DNA from: an uncultured Candidatus Saccharibacteria bacterium | GTDB taxonomy: Bacteria; Patescibacteriota; Minisyncoccia; Phycocordibacterales; UBA6899 | NCBI GenBank assembly: GCA_964622275.1 | Contig: CAZUMX010000003.1 | Location: forward strand, 1 to 51,638 | Length of the DNA stretch: 51,638 bases | Direction: 5' to 3' | In this document: positions 8,563 through 18,184 of the stretch, in pieces | How positions within the stretch are numbered: the stretch's first letter is position 1 | How the letters are laid out: every line of letters begins with the position of its first letter | The notes under the pieces: generated by a model | The model's input: only the letters and a program-made list of their open reading frames with translations | The model's database searches: none | Told to the model about the DNA's origin: nothing | Position numbers and translations under genes: made by a program

Positions 8563-9423
8563 CTAATTCTTGTGGATATTCCGCATAAAATCTCCATAAT
8601 TCATCAGTCTTCCTCCTTCTGGCACAATCCTTAGAATATTGAGTTTTCCATCACGAAGCTCGGCATCAACGACTTTTATGCGAAGACGTCTTCCACCTCT
8701 CTCAATAAAAAAGAATGCTCCTGGCCATTCGTCGAAGGCCTGGATTTTTTTGTATATTTTTTGAGGGTCTCCATCTGGGGAAATTTCTCCGTCTGCCTTA
8801 TGTATTTTTTTTGTAAATGTTGCCGCTGTATGATCCTGGGGATAGGGAGTAATCTCTTTGCGTGTCCACCGTGGAAGTGTGTGTGCCAAAAGTTTTCCTC
8901 CTTCACGTGCGAGGGCATCTGTCAGCAGAGAACCTTTTGGTGGCCAGGGATGAACCACAACATCTTGTTGAGCGAGGACTGGGCCATGATCGAGCTCTGC
9001 ATCAAGAAGCATGATGGACACCCCGGTCCCTGTTTCATCGCTGAGAATTGCTGATTCAATAGGGGACGCTCCACGAAATTTTGGTAAAAGAGATGGGTGG
9101 ACATTAATCACGCCAGAGGGAGGAATATCTAAGAGTGCTTGTGGGAGGATTTTTCCATACGCTGCAACGACAAAACAATCCGCATGTTCTTCCCTTAGTC
9201 GTTTGAGGAGTGGCTCGTCGATACGATCCGGTGTTTCAACAGAAATGTTGTGTTCTTTGCCCCATGTATGTACTTCGCTTTGAGTAGGGACAAGGTGCCG
9301 TCCTTGAGGCTTGGGTGGAGTTGTCACAATGAGTGACGGAAGGAGTCCCTCATCCTTGAGCTCATCAAGAACAATGCGTGCGAACCGAGGTGTGCCAAAA
9401 TAGACGAATCGCAGAGGTGTCAT
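8563..9423 (-). CDS. fmt: Methionyl-tRNA formyltransferase
   Basis: FFGTP-like VYFGTPRFA N-terminus and the HPSLLPKFRGASPI motif. Overlaps def by 4 nt. Confidence 0.9.
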   Translation of the reverse strand: MTPLRFVYFGTPRFARIVLDELKDEGLLPSLIVTTPPKPQGRHLVPTQSEVHTWGKEHNISVETPDRIDEPLLKRLREEHADCFVVAAYGKILPQALLDIPPSGVINVHPSLLPKFRGASPIESAILSDETGTGVSIMLLDAELDHGPVLAQQDVVVHPWPPKGSLLTDALAREGGKLLAHTLPRWTRKEITPYPQDHTAATFTKKIHKADGEISPDGDPQKIYKKIQAFDEWPGAFFFIERGGRRLRIKVVDAELRDGKLNILRIVPEGGRLMNYGDFMRNIHKN

Positions 9424-10022
9424 GTTGTTGACTGTTTAGAGTATTCTGCGGACCCCGCTGTATTTTTTTCAATGGTGTCGGGTATGATTTGTTCGAGATG
9501 TCGGGCATGATCGATAAACAAGATGCCATCAAGATGATCTGTCTCGTGCTGGAATATTTGCGCAAGAAGCCCTGAAGCCCCACGAACAAATTTTTTCCCA
9601 TATTGATCATATGCCTCAATGGTGGCTTTTTCTGCACGGTGTGTTTCGCCATATTGCCAACGCACAGAAAGGCACCCCTCGGGAACCCATCGTCTCCGTT
9701 TTGATAGTTTCATTATCTTGGGATTAATGAATACTAAATCTTCAGGTGGTAAGACAAGATCTCGGTCATCCGTCTCTTCATCGGGGAGAGTGCCATCTTT
9801 TTTAAGGGCGAACACTTTTCTTGACACAACAAAGATGCGGTAGGACGCACCGATTTGCGGTGCAGCGATGGCGACACCATCGTCATGAGACGCAAGTTCT
9901 TTGCTCATATCGCGAATGAGTTTCTGGATCTCTTTTCCGGGTATATCAGCAACTTTTACTGCCTCAGCTTTTTTTCTGAGAACGGGTTGACCTTCTTGAA
10001 CGATGTGTCCTATGCCATACAT
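9420..10022 (-). CDS. def: Peptide deformylase
   Basis: All three signature motifs are present: GVAIAAPQIG, EGCLS and QHETDHLDG. Confidence 0.95.
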   Translation of the reverse strand: MYGIGHIVQEGQPVLRKKAEAVKVADIPGKEIQKLIRDMSKELASHDDGVAIAAPQIGASYRIFVVSRKVFALKKDGTLPDEETDDRDLVLPPEDLVFINPKIMKLSKRRRWVPEGCLSVRWQYGETHRAEKATIEAYDQYGKKFVRGASGLLAQIFQHETDHLDGILFIDHARHLEQIIPDTIEKNTAGSAEYSKQSTT

Positions 10023-10037
10023 ATTGAATACTTGGGA

Positions 10038-11945
10038 TTATATCAGGCTCTCGGGCTCTACTTGTACCTGGATTTTTTGGGGAAGGTCTTTTAGGGCTTC
10101 AATAAGTTTTGGGTCTGGCCACTTGTCTTTAGGTATTGTCATCATGGCATGAATGCGATAGTCATTCTTAACCTTACTGACAAACCCGGGAAAGACAATA
10201 GGGGAGAATGATGCAAAACGTTTTTGAAGGTCTTCCCCAATCATTTTTACCTGCTCCTTTGATCCCTGGGCACTCAGTTTGATCATGATCGAAAAGGGAG
10301 AATAATTGAATGTTTGTCTTGATGCGCTTTCATGTCGGTACCACTCGAGGATATTTCCTTGGAGTGCCCATTCATACCACGGGAGAGTTGTATCGCGAGT
10401 TTGGATCAAGCACAGATTTGTCACCTTTGCTCGCAGAGTTGCGATGAGGCGGAATACCCGTTCTTCCATGGTGACGTCGGGAATCGTCAGAAGTGATTGC
10501 AGAGAGAGTATTGCGCCGTATGTGACGGGAGTTTCTAAGTATGGGAGCATCATTTCTGTCCCCAAGAGAATTGCGGCAGATGAGTGTTGAAATTCCTCCA
10601 TGAGTTTCCGTGCTTCTTTGTGAGAAGTCAGATGGTCTCGATCAAAGCGGAATATTTTTATGTGAGGTACTTCTTTTTTAATAATCTCTTCAGCTCGATC
10701 AAGTCCAATCCCTAGCGGCATCAGTCTCCATGATGTACATTCGCGACACCGCTCGGCTGCAGAGCGTTTTTCACCACATCGATGACAGAGAAAAACATTC
10801 TCTTTATCTGTGTGGGCACCTTTCCCATGCATGTAGAGCACAACAGGAGATGAGCATCTCGTGCAGAGGACGACAGTCCCGCAGTCCCCGCAGACTGTCT
10901 GCGACGCATATCCTTTGCGAGCGCCAAGGATTGCCATATGTCCTCCACGGTCATGGACGGAATGAACGAGTGACAGAAGCTGTGGAGACAAAAGCGTTGC
11001 GGCACCAATGGCAGGCTGTTCTTTTTTTGAGACATCCACAAGTTCTGCGCGAGCAGGGGAGACAATGCGAAATTTTGATTTAACGAGTGGTTGGAGCTCT
11101 CCGTGTTCTTCTCTCCACAATGTTTCCATGCGCAAGAATTGATCACCAAAAATGCATCGTGCGCCAACATGCTTTGCAAGAATCTCAGCAGCTTTGCGAT
11201 AGTCGAGATACGGACGAAACAATGCTTTGTATCCGGATGCACTTTCTCTTTCAACAATAATTGTTCCAATGTCTCCTCGTGGAAGCGATAGCGCATGCGG
11301 TGTGCCCAGGATGAGCACAGGATGTTCATGATGCAGCGCTTTTTCCCACGCATTGAGGAGTTTTTTTGGAGTCATCCCTCCATGAATAATGTGAGTGTAA
11401 TCACTGATTCCACGATCGATCTTTGTGTTCCATAGATCAATATCTTGGATTGATGGAAGTAAAAAAAGTACTGATCGCTTTCGCGCAAATTCTTCCCGAA
11501 TAATACTTTTATAAAGGGCGATGCGTTCCTCTAGATCACTCTGGAGAACATAATGTTCTCCGCGTGTATGATCTAATGTTTGTGTCTTTGGTCTCTCTGG
11601 TCTTGCGCGGAGGATGGGGGTCGGGACGAGGGATGCCAAGACGCTCCCCGGTGTTCCCACATACCATGTCGCAAGTTCCTCGAGAGTTGTCATGAGTTCT
11701 GGAAGAAACACCTGACTTCCGGTCGGAGACTTGAGAACTTTCATGGTAAACCCAAGTTGTTTGATCTGAGCTTTTTCACCTTCAGCATGTCTGCATTCCC
11801 ATACGAGTGCTGGGGTGCTCGTACTTCGAACAGGAACATGTATAACCGCCCCACGCTCTATCGAGGTGGGCGAAATATATGTGAGTGACTCGAGTGGGTT
11901 TCCCCGCGAGATGGGGATGACTGACAGGAGATACATACAAAACAT
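10038..11945 (-). CDS. priA: PriA (primosomal protein N') homologue with degenerate helicase motifs
   Basis: Collinear with PriA, including the Cys-rich zinc region CGDCG...CTRC...CHRCG...CRECTS. Walker A, DExH and motif VI positions are substituted (see finding). Start taken at ATG 11945 (alternative 11936). The longer ORF to 12104 would overlap murA. Confidence 0.8.
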   Translation of the reverse strand: MFCMYLLSVIPISRGNPLESLTYISPTSIERGAVIHVPVRSTSTPALVWECRHAEGEKAQIKQLGFTMKVLKSPTGSQVFLPELMTTLEELATWYVGTPGSVLASLVPTPILRARPERPKTQTLDHTRGEHYVLQSDLEERIALYKSIIREEFARKRSVLFLLPSIQDIDLWNTKIDRGISDYTHIIHGGMTPKKLLNAWEKALHHEHPVLILGTPHALSLPRGDIGTIIVERESASGYKALFRPYLDYRKAAEILAKHVGARCIFGDQFLRMETLWREEHGELQPLVKSKFRIVSPARAELVDVSKKEQPAIGAATLLSPQLLSLVHSVHDRGGHMAILGARKGYASQTVCGDCGTVVLCTRCSSPVVLYMHGKGAHTDKENVFLCHRCGEKRSAAERCRECTSWRLMPLGIGLDRAEEIIKKEVPHIKIFRFDRDHLTSHKEARKLMEEFQHSSAAILLGTEMMLPYLETPVTYGAILSLQSLLTIPDVTMEERVFRLIATLRAKVTNLCLIQTRDTTLPWYEWALQGNILEWYRHESASRQTFNYSPFSIMIKLSAQGSKEQVKMIGEDLQKRFASFSPIVFPGFVSKVKNDYRIHAMMTIPKDKWPDPKLIEALKDLPQKIQVQVEPESLI

Positions 11946-12003
11946 TGTAACAGAAAATGCGAGTACTTTTCCTCTGGCTTTTTGGGCATTTTGTGCCACA
12001 ATA

Positions 12004-13314
12004 ATGGAGTCTATGGCTGAAGTTTTTGTCGTTTCGGGGTTAGCCGGAAAAAAAATACTCAAAGGCTCTATCCCAGTTCGTGGAGCAAAAAACGCTGCTC
12101 TCAAGATGCTTTCTGCGAGCTTGCTATTCTCTGGAGATGTGTCGTATGAGCGAGTTCCAATGATTGAGGATATTCATCGACTTCTCGACCTGCTGAAAAA
12201 ATCTGGGATTACGAGTGCAATAGAAAAAAATAAAAAACAGGGAGATGTCACCCTTACACTCTCTGTCCCTCGAGCCGTGAACTCTACGCTTGATCGCGAA
12301 ATAGCAAAACGCTTACGTGCATCTATTGTGCTCACGGGGCCAATGCTTGCACGAATGAAAAAAGTGAGTTTCCCGCACCCTGGCGGTTGTGTCATTGGGG
12401 AGCGGCCAATTGATCTTTTCCTTGAGGGATATCAAGCAATGGGTGCGCATATCGCCATAAAAAAAGGGATGTATGTGATCACTGCGCCAAAAAGTGGACT
12501 GAAAGGAGCATCGCTCTTTTTTAGGACACCGAGTGTTACGGGAACAGAAACATTTCTTATGGCTGCGGTCCTTGCGCAGGGGACCACCGTCATTGCCAAC
12601 GCAGCGATGGAACCTGAAATCGTCGCACTTGCTGAATGGCTCAACGACTGCGGCGCAGACATCATAGGTGCGGGGACGCCGACAATCACTATTCGTGGTG
12701 GTGGGCTACTTGTTGCTCGAAAAAAAGGGGTTATTGTTCCTGATCGTATTGAAGCAGGAAGTTTCCTCATTCTTGGTGCGCTTCTTGCAAAAGATCTTCG
12801 TGTGACTGATTGCGAGCCAGCGCACCTTGAGTCTTTGATTTCGTCGCTCCGCCATGCGGGTGTTTCATGCGAAGTCTCTGAAGAAAAGAAAGAAATCCGT
12901 GTTCGAGCTCCTAAGAATCCGACGGCTGTCTCAATTAAAACTCATGAGTATCCTGGATTTCCCACTGACCTCCAAGCACCAATGACGATCTTTCTTACCC
13001 AGGCAAAGGGAGAGAGTCTTGTCTTTGAGACTATTTTTGAAGGACGCTTGTCCTATGTCGACTCACTCGTCCGTATGGGGGCGAATATCAAAACCATGGA
13101 TCCACATCGTGTACTCGTCTCCGGCCCCACACCGCTTCGAGGAAAACTTCTTGAGAGTCCAGATCTTCGAGCGGGCCTTGCGTATGTGATTGCCGCAGCG
13201 GTCGCAAGTGGAGAGTCTGTGATTCATCAGGTGTACAATATTGATCGTGGATATGAGCACATCGAAAAACGGTTATCAGCAATAGGTCTACATATCAGAC
13301 GAAGTAGTATTTGA
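12004..13314 (+). CDS. murA: UDP-N-acetylglucosamine 1-carboxyvinyltransferase
   Basis: VRGAKNAALKML and the active-site region HPGGCVIGERPIDL, at full length. Start is ATG 12004 or 12013. Confidence 0.95.
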   Translation: MESMAEVFVVSGLAGKKILKGSIPVRGAKNAALKMLSASLLFSGDVSYERVPMIEDIHRLLDLLKKSGITSAIEKNKKQGDVTLTLSVPRAVNSTLDREIAKRLRASIVLTGPMLARMKKVSFPHPGGCVIGERPIDLFLEGYQAMGAHIAIKKGMYVITAPKSGLKGASLFFRTPSVTGTETFLMAAVLAQGTTVIANAAMEPEIVALAEWLNDCGADIIGAGTPTITIRGGGLLVARKKGVIVPDRIEAGSFLILGALLAKDLRVTDCEPAHLESLISSLRHAGVSCEVSEEKKEIRVRAPKNPTAVSIKTHEYPGFPTDLQAPMTIFLTQAKGESLVFETIFEGRLSYVDSLVRMGANIKTMDPHRVLVSGPTPLRGKLLESPDLRAGLAYVIAAAVASGESVIHQVYNIDRGYEHIEKRLSAIGLHIRRSSI

Positions 13315-13323
13315 TCTTCTACA

Positions 13324-15372
13324 ATGATTACCCCTGAGCTCCTTGATTTTATTGAAGCAGAACTCGCCGCCGGTCAAAGCCGAGAGGAACTTTTTCGCCT
13401 CTTGAAAGAGGGAGGCGGGTGGACGAATGTTGATGTAGAAGAAGCGCTTGCTGCTCTCGAAAAGCGTAAACGTCCAGTCTCTATTGCAGACATGAAAGCC
13501 ACATCAGCTCCGACCGTACGCCCGACACTCAACCCCACTCCCAAGCCAGTGCCCCCTCCCATTGTTCCTGAACCGGCTATACGTGTTGGGGAAGTTCTTC
13601 CTTTGGAAGCATCTCCAAAGCCATATGCGCAATCAGTTTCCACGGAAACAATATCCATTGCGCCCGCTTATCAAAAGGAATCAACGACACACGCAGCACC
13701 CGTTGAGCACGTCCCAGTTGAGGTCGTTGCCTCCATACAACCTGCTCAGCCGGTCACTAATGAGCAGCACGCACCAATCCCTCCTATTCTTTCTCGACCA
13801 GAAATTCCAACCCCAGTTCTTCGAGCGAGTGCTCCTGTCTCCATGCAAGGAGTACCAATTGGAACGACGATGCGGATGCAAGAATCAGTTCCCGCCCCAG
13901 TTGTCCCGACAGCTTCAATGCCAGGGGCTTCTCTTCGAATGGCGGCTCCACGCAGCAAAAAAATCTTCGTCATACTCGCTGCGCTTATGTTCACAGTACT
14001 GATCGGTATTGGGGCCTTTGTGCTCTTCAAAGGACTTTCTCCAGCAAATGATAAAACGTTGGCAACCATGTATGCATCAATCCCTGGAATTCAAAGCGTT
14101 CGATACAACGGCGAAACGACAATGCAGTTTAGTGGGTCCGTTGAAGACTCTATAAAAGCCGGATTTCCTACGGGGTACACAGGATCGGCAAAAGTTGCGC
14201 TCAAGTATGAAGGCCGATCAGATCTTTCAAAGGGTATGGATGGTGTGCACCAGTTTGGCATTACGGCAGATCTTCGCTCTGGAGATGCCGCATTAACGGT
14301 CAATTCATCTGTTGAGGTCCGCATCATCGGAGATACCTATTATTTGAAAGTCACGAACCCTCCCCAGATTCAAGATATCGATCTTTCTCGCCTCAATACA
14401 TACTGGATTGCGATTACGCCTTCAGATATTGCTGAGTATTTTGGTGCATCCCCAGCTGAGCAAACTGACTCATATGGTGTGTTTGGTGGGGCAGCAACGA
14501 CAAGCCCAACATTTCGAGGTCTCTTGAATCAATACCCACCGTTTACTTCTGTTGACCGGATTGGGGAAGAAGATGTCGCTGGAGCGCACACGATTCACTA
14601 TCGATTTGTCGGAAATGCAGACAATCTTCTTCGTCTTTTGGGTTATGTGATCGGGGAGGCTCAAGGAGTTCCATTTGAAGCACGAGAAGATACCATTGCC
14701 AACCTGCGAGCACTTCTTGCGACACTCTCGGGAGATATATGGATAGATTCGACATCGTTCCTGCCACGTAAGCTTGTTCTCCGTCAGCCACTTTCCGGAA
14801 CAGTTTCAGGTATAGCACTCAATGGATCGATAGATTCTGAAAATTTGTATAGTGAGTATAATGGGACTGTCTCAGTCTCTGCACCTCGCCCTGTTCTTAC
14901 CTACAAAGAATTTGCAGAAGACGTTCGTCGTCAATCAGAGCGTGCAAAAGCAACAGGCGATCAACGCCGCATTTATGACGCAGAAGATATTGCATCTGCA
15001 CTCGAGGTGTACCGCGCAAACCACGATGATCGGTATCCTGTCCTTCTTGACGAACTTGTCACTGGCGGTCTTTTGAAATCACTTCCAACCGATCCAGATG
15101 GTGGAGCATATCTCTATATGCCAATCACAGAGAAAGGGAAGACATCAAAAAAGTTTTTGTGCACCGCAACGTCAACGACATGTACATATTTTCACCTCGG
15201 GGTGACATTATCGACCTCCAGTAGCGAAGTGTTATCTCAAGACAGCGATCTCACAAGCGAAATCATTTCAGGTGCTGACTCAAAAGGTTGCGCAAAAGAG
15301 GCAGACAAATCGTGTTACGACATTACTCCTGTGCTCCGCACTGCTTCAGCATCCTCGACGAGCACTCGGTAG
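13324..15372 (+). CDS. Large single-pass envelope protein with Pro-rich linker and pilin-like C-terminal domain
   Basis: Four parts: an N-terminal ~45-aa helical module, a ~170-aa Pro/Ala/Val-rich linker, a TM (KKIFVILAALMFTVLIGIGAFVLF) and a large extracytoplasmic region. The C-terminus (RRIYDAEDIASALEVYRANHDDRYPVLLDELVTGGLLKSLPTDPDGG) resembles pilin/pseudopilin globular domains. Confidence 0.7.
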   Translation: MITPELLDFIEAELAAGQSREELFRLLKEGGGWTNVDVEEALAALEKRKRPVSIADMKATSAPTVRPTLNPTPKPVPPPIVPEPAIRVGEVLPLEASPKPYAQSVSTETISIAPAYQKESTTHAAPVEHVPVEVVASIQPAQPVTNEQHAPIPPILSRPEIPTPVLRASAPVSMQGVPIGTTMRMQESVPAPVVPTASMPGASLRMAAPRSKKIFVILAALMFTVLIGIGAFVLFKGLSPANDKTLATMYASIPGIQSVRYNGETTMQFSGSVEDSIKAGFPTGYTGSAKVALKYEGRSDLSKGMDGVHQFGITADLRSGDAALTVNSSVEVRIIGDTYYLKVTNPPQIQDIDLSRLNTYWIAITPSDIAEYFGASPAEQTDSYGVFGGAATTSPTFRGLLNQYPPFTSVDRIGEEDVAGAHTIHYRFVGNADNLLRLLGYVIGEAQGVPFEAREDTIANLRALLATLSGDIWIDSTSFLPRKLVLRQPLSGTVSGIALNGSIDSENLYSEYNGTVSVSAPRPVLTYKEFAEDVRRQSERAKATGDQRRIYDAEDIASALEVYRANHDDRYPVLLDELVTGGLLKSLPTDPDGGAYLYMPITEKGKTSKKFLCTATSTTCTYFHLGVTLSTSSSEVLSQDSDLTSEIISGADSKGCAKEADKSCYDITPVLRTASASSTSTR

Positions 15373-15428
15373 TCTCGTTTGAGGGCCTTTGCCCGAGAGG
15401 CTCTTTTGTGCTTCAATAGGCCCTATCT

Positions 15429-16442
15429 ATGGGCCTCTTTACGACCAAACTCGGAATCGACCTTGGGACCGCAAATACCCTGGTCTTTATGCCTGGGAAG
15501 GGTATCGTGCTTAACGAGCCTTCTGTTGTCGCTGTCTCTGAACAAGATAACCGTATTCTTGCTGTCGGCCTTGCCGCAAAAGAAATGATCGGTCGAACGC
15601 CGGACAACATCATCGCGTATCGCCCCATGCGTAATGGTGTGATTGCTGACTATCGTGTGACCGAGGCCATGCTCCGATATTTCATCGATAAAGCGATGGG
15701 AGCCTTTCGTATCTTCAAGCCAGAAGTGATGGTGTCGGTTCCCGCAGGTGTGACATCGACAGAGCGTCGCGCTGTCGTTGAGGCGGCGATTCGTGCTGGT
15801 GCCAAAAATGCGTATGTCGTGAAGGAGCCTATTCTTGCTGCTATTGGTGCAGGGATTCCTATTCACGAAGCACAGGGACATATGATTGTCGATATTGGCG
15901 GAGGAACGACTGACGTCGCAGTGATTTCTCTTGGAGGAATCGTGTCGTCGACGTCAGTGAAGTGCGCAGGTGATCGCATTGATCAGGCAATCGCTGACTA
16001 TATTAAGAAGACATTTAATCTCGCAATTGGTGATAAGACCGCAGAAGATATTAAAGTGAAAATTGGTTCAGCGGTGCCAATGGATGAAGAACTCTCGATT
16101 GTGATTAAAGGACGCGACTTCATTCAGGGGCTTCCACGGTCCGTTCAGATTTCAACGAACGAGATTGTGAAGGCTATTGATAAAGAACTTCGTGAGATGG
16201 TGAAAGCCATTAAAGACGTGCTCCAAGAAACACCACCTGAACTCTCGAGCGACATCATTGACAACGGTATCATGATGACGGGCGGGTCGTCGCAATTACG
16301 TAATCTCCCAGAGCTTGTGTTTCGACGCACGGGAGTGAAAGCGATACTCGCAGATGATGCGTTGTACTGCGTGGCGAAGGGGACGGGGATTGCGCTGGAA
16401 CATCTGGACACCTACAAGAAAACCATCATCGCCAAGCGATAG
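15429..16442 (+). CDS. mreB: MreB actin-like protein, paralogue 1
   Basis: GIDLGTANTLVF, VPAGVTSTERRAV, DIGGGTTDVAVISLGG and MTGGSSQLRNL. Confidence 0.95.
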   Translation: MGLFTTKLGIDLGTANTLVFMPGKGIVLNEPSVVAVSEQDNRILAVGLAAKEMIGRTPDNIIAYRPMRNGVIADYRVTEAMLRYFIDKAMGAFRIFKPEVMVSVPAGVTSTERRAVVEAAIRAGAKNAYVVKEPILAAIGAGIPIHEAQGHMIVDIGGGTTDVAVISLGGIVSSTSVKCAGDRIDQAIADYIKKTFNLAIGDKTAEDIKVKIGSAVPMDEELSIVIKGRDFIQGLPRSVQISTNEIVKAIDKELREMVKAIKDVLQETPPELSSDIIDNGIMMTGGSSQLRNLPELVFRRTGVKAILADDALYCVAKGTGIALEHLDTYKKTIIAKR

Positions 16443-16458
16443 GCTTTAGTGTGTATTC

Positions 16459-16510
16459 AAAAAAATAAAAAGGGCCAGCCACATGATGTAGCTGGCCCCG
16501 TGTTCTTTTG
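16459..16510. terminator. Bidirectional terminator
   Basis: Stem GGGCCAGC (16472-16479) pairs with GCTGGCCC (16491-16498). The upstream flank is A-rich and the downstream flank T-rich. It lies between convergent genes. Confidence 0.75.
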
Positions 16511-16531
16511 GTTATTTTTCAGAAGAGATTG

Positions 16532-17302
16532 TTATTTTCTCCAGATGACCACATCCTCGACCCAGTGCTTCGATCCAGGAGTTGGATCACTTGAACCACC
16601 CTGGTCTTGGTTCGCACCAGTGTAGACGTCGATGCGGTCGATAGAGACCTGTGGAGCGTAGAAGTGGAGAGGAGTCGTGTTCAACTTGTCGCCATTGAGG
16701 TAGACGTTGTACGTGCCTCCGTCAGCGTTGCAGTTGAACTCGATGAGAAACTCATGCCACACATTGGCAGGAGCAGCATCATCTGCAAGGACGACTCCCG
16801 TCGTTCCGTCGTATGCTGCCACATCACCACCTCCGGGGGTGGTATTGTGATACATCGCAGGATCGATTCCTACGTAAATCGCACGCCCAGAGTATGTAGC
16901 ACCACCAAGATTTGGGTCTCCGTTGCTGAGGAAGATCCCGATCGAGTTTCTGTCGTTCCTGTTCACCTGGACCCTGAGCAACGCCAACCCTTTCTTGATG
17001 GGTTTGCTGAATACTCGTCCGATCGACGGTTCTTCGTTACGACCGCTCGTGTCCAGGAGCATCGACCATTGGCCGGTCGCAGAACGTGAGTTGTCGTAGA
17101 CGATGTCAGTCGGCAAATATGTCGAGACCCACGAACCCGCCCAACCTGGCCCGTCACCGCTCCCACTCACCACTTCGCCTACGAGTGGCGTGATGGTGCC
17201 ATCCGTCGTCTCGAAGGATGTGTTGGGAGATAGTGGTTTTGCAGCGAGCGCTGTCCCCGAAGAGAAGATCAGCCCCAAAGCAAGTAGTTTCAATAGCTTC
17301 AT
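16532..17302 (-). CDS. Secreted hypothetical protein (possibly lectin/LamG-like beta-sandwich)
   Basis: Signal peptide MKLLKLLALGLIFSSGTALA. The protein is Gly/Asp/Asn/Thr-rich and predicted beta-rich. The fold guess is weak. Composition is GC3-rich relative to neighbours. Confidence 0.65.
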   Translation of the reverse strand: MKLLKLLALGLIFSSGTALAAKPLSPNTSFETTDGTITPLVGEVVSGSGDGPGWAGSWVSTYLPTDIVYDNSRSATGQWSMLLDTSGRNEEPSIGRVFSKPIKKGLALLRVQVNRNDRNSIGIFLSNGDPNLGGATYSGRAIYVGIDPAMYHNTTPGGGDVAAYDGTTGVVLADDAAPANVWHEFLIEFNCNADGGTYNVYLNGDKLNTTPLHFYAPQVSIDRIDVYTGANQDQGGSSDPTPGSKHWVEDVVIWRK

Positions 17303-17496
17303 TACTTAGCCTCATCAGTGTGTTGTGCCCGCACAAGATGCCTCAATATTTCTGACTGCGGACGTGTCAGAAAACGTGTAGCTCTATAAAGAACAGTGTT
17401 CGGAGACACTACATCATTTGAATCAATAGGTCAAACCGAACACTAGTAGATACATCCATGTATGTTTAACGTTACACGCGATATACTTATCTCGTT

Positions 17497-18138
17497 GTGT
17501 CGACTATTCACGCAGATCACAATACATATCTTGCGACGGGATCACCTGAGGCGGCGGTGCGGGCTATTTATGCGGCACTCGAGGAAGTGCTTTCGATTCC
17601 AACAAAGGGGAATCCAGATTTTTGGCATGGGTCGTACGGACAGTTTGGTATCGATGAGTCTCGAGAACTCAAAGCCATGAGCTCGATGAAGGCGTTTGGA
17701 GAGCGTCGGGCTATCATTGTCGAAACACTTGTCATTTCGACTGATGCACAGCAGGCAATCCTTAAGCTTGCAGAGGAAATGACGGGGAACACATTCTTCT
17801 TTTTGATCGTCCCAAGTGCTGAACACATCCTTCCGACACTTCGTTCCCGTCTCATTCATCTCAAACACCATGCGGGAGAGGGGGTTATCACGGAAGAAGC
17901 AAAAACATTTCTTGCTTCAGTCTGGAAAGACCGTGACGAGGTGCTCTCAGAAATCCACAAAGATCGCGATTATGCACGTGCGTATAAACTTCTTGATGGG
18001 GTTGAGCAGCTCTGCTCAGAAAAGAAAGATTATGAGGCGCTCACTGCAATTCTTGAGGCAAAAAAACGTCTTCTTGATGGAATAGTTCCGATGAAAACAA
18101 CGCTCGAGACGGTCGGGCTCCTTCTTCCTCGCAGGTAA
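17497..18138 (+). CDS. holB: DNA polymerase III delta'-like clamp-loader subunit (short form)
   Basis: GTG start. AQQAILKLAEEMTGNTFFFLIVPSAEHILPTLRSRL matches the AAA+ box VII/sensor region (NALLKTLEEP...F.L......LPTI.SR). There is no Walker A. Confidence 0.7.
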   Translation: MSTIHADHNTYLATGSPEAAVRAIYAALEEVLSIPTKGNPDFWHGSYGQFGIDESRELKAMSSMKAFGERRAIIVETLVISTDAQQAILKLAEEMTGNTFFFLIVPSAEHILPTLRSRLIHLKHHAGEGVITEEAKTFLASVWKDRDEVLSEIHKDRDYARAYKLLDGVEQLCSEKKDYEALTAILEAKKRLLDGIVPMKTTLETVGLLLPRR

Positions 18139-18184
18139 GACACAGGTGCGTGCTGCTTCCTTGCTATGGTAGAATAGCGCTCAT

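Noticed and set aside
10721-11353. A 210-aa minus-strand ORF in an alternative frame inside priA.
   Set aside because: It overlaps the frame that shows collinear PriA homology, including the zinc-finger region, and it has no motifs of its own.
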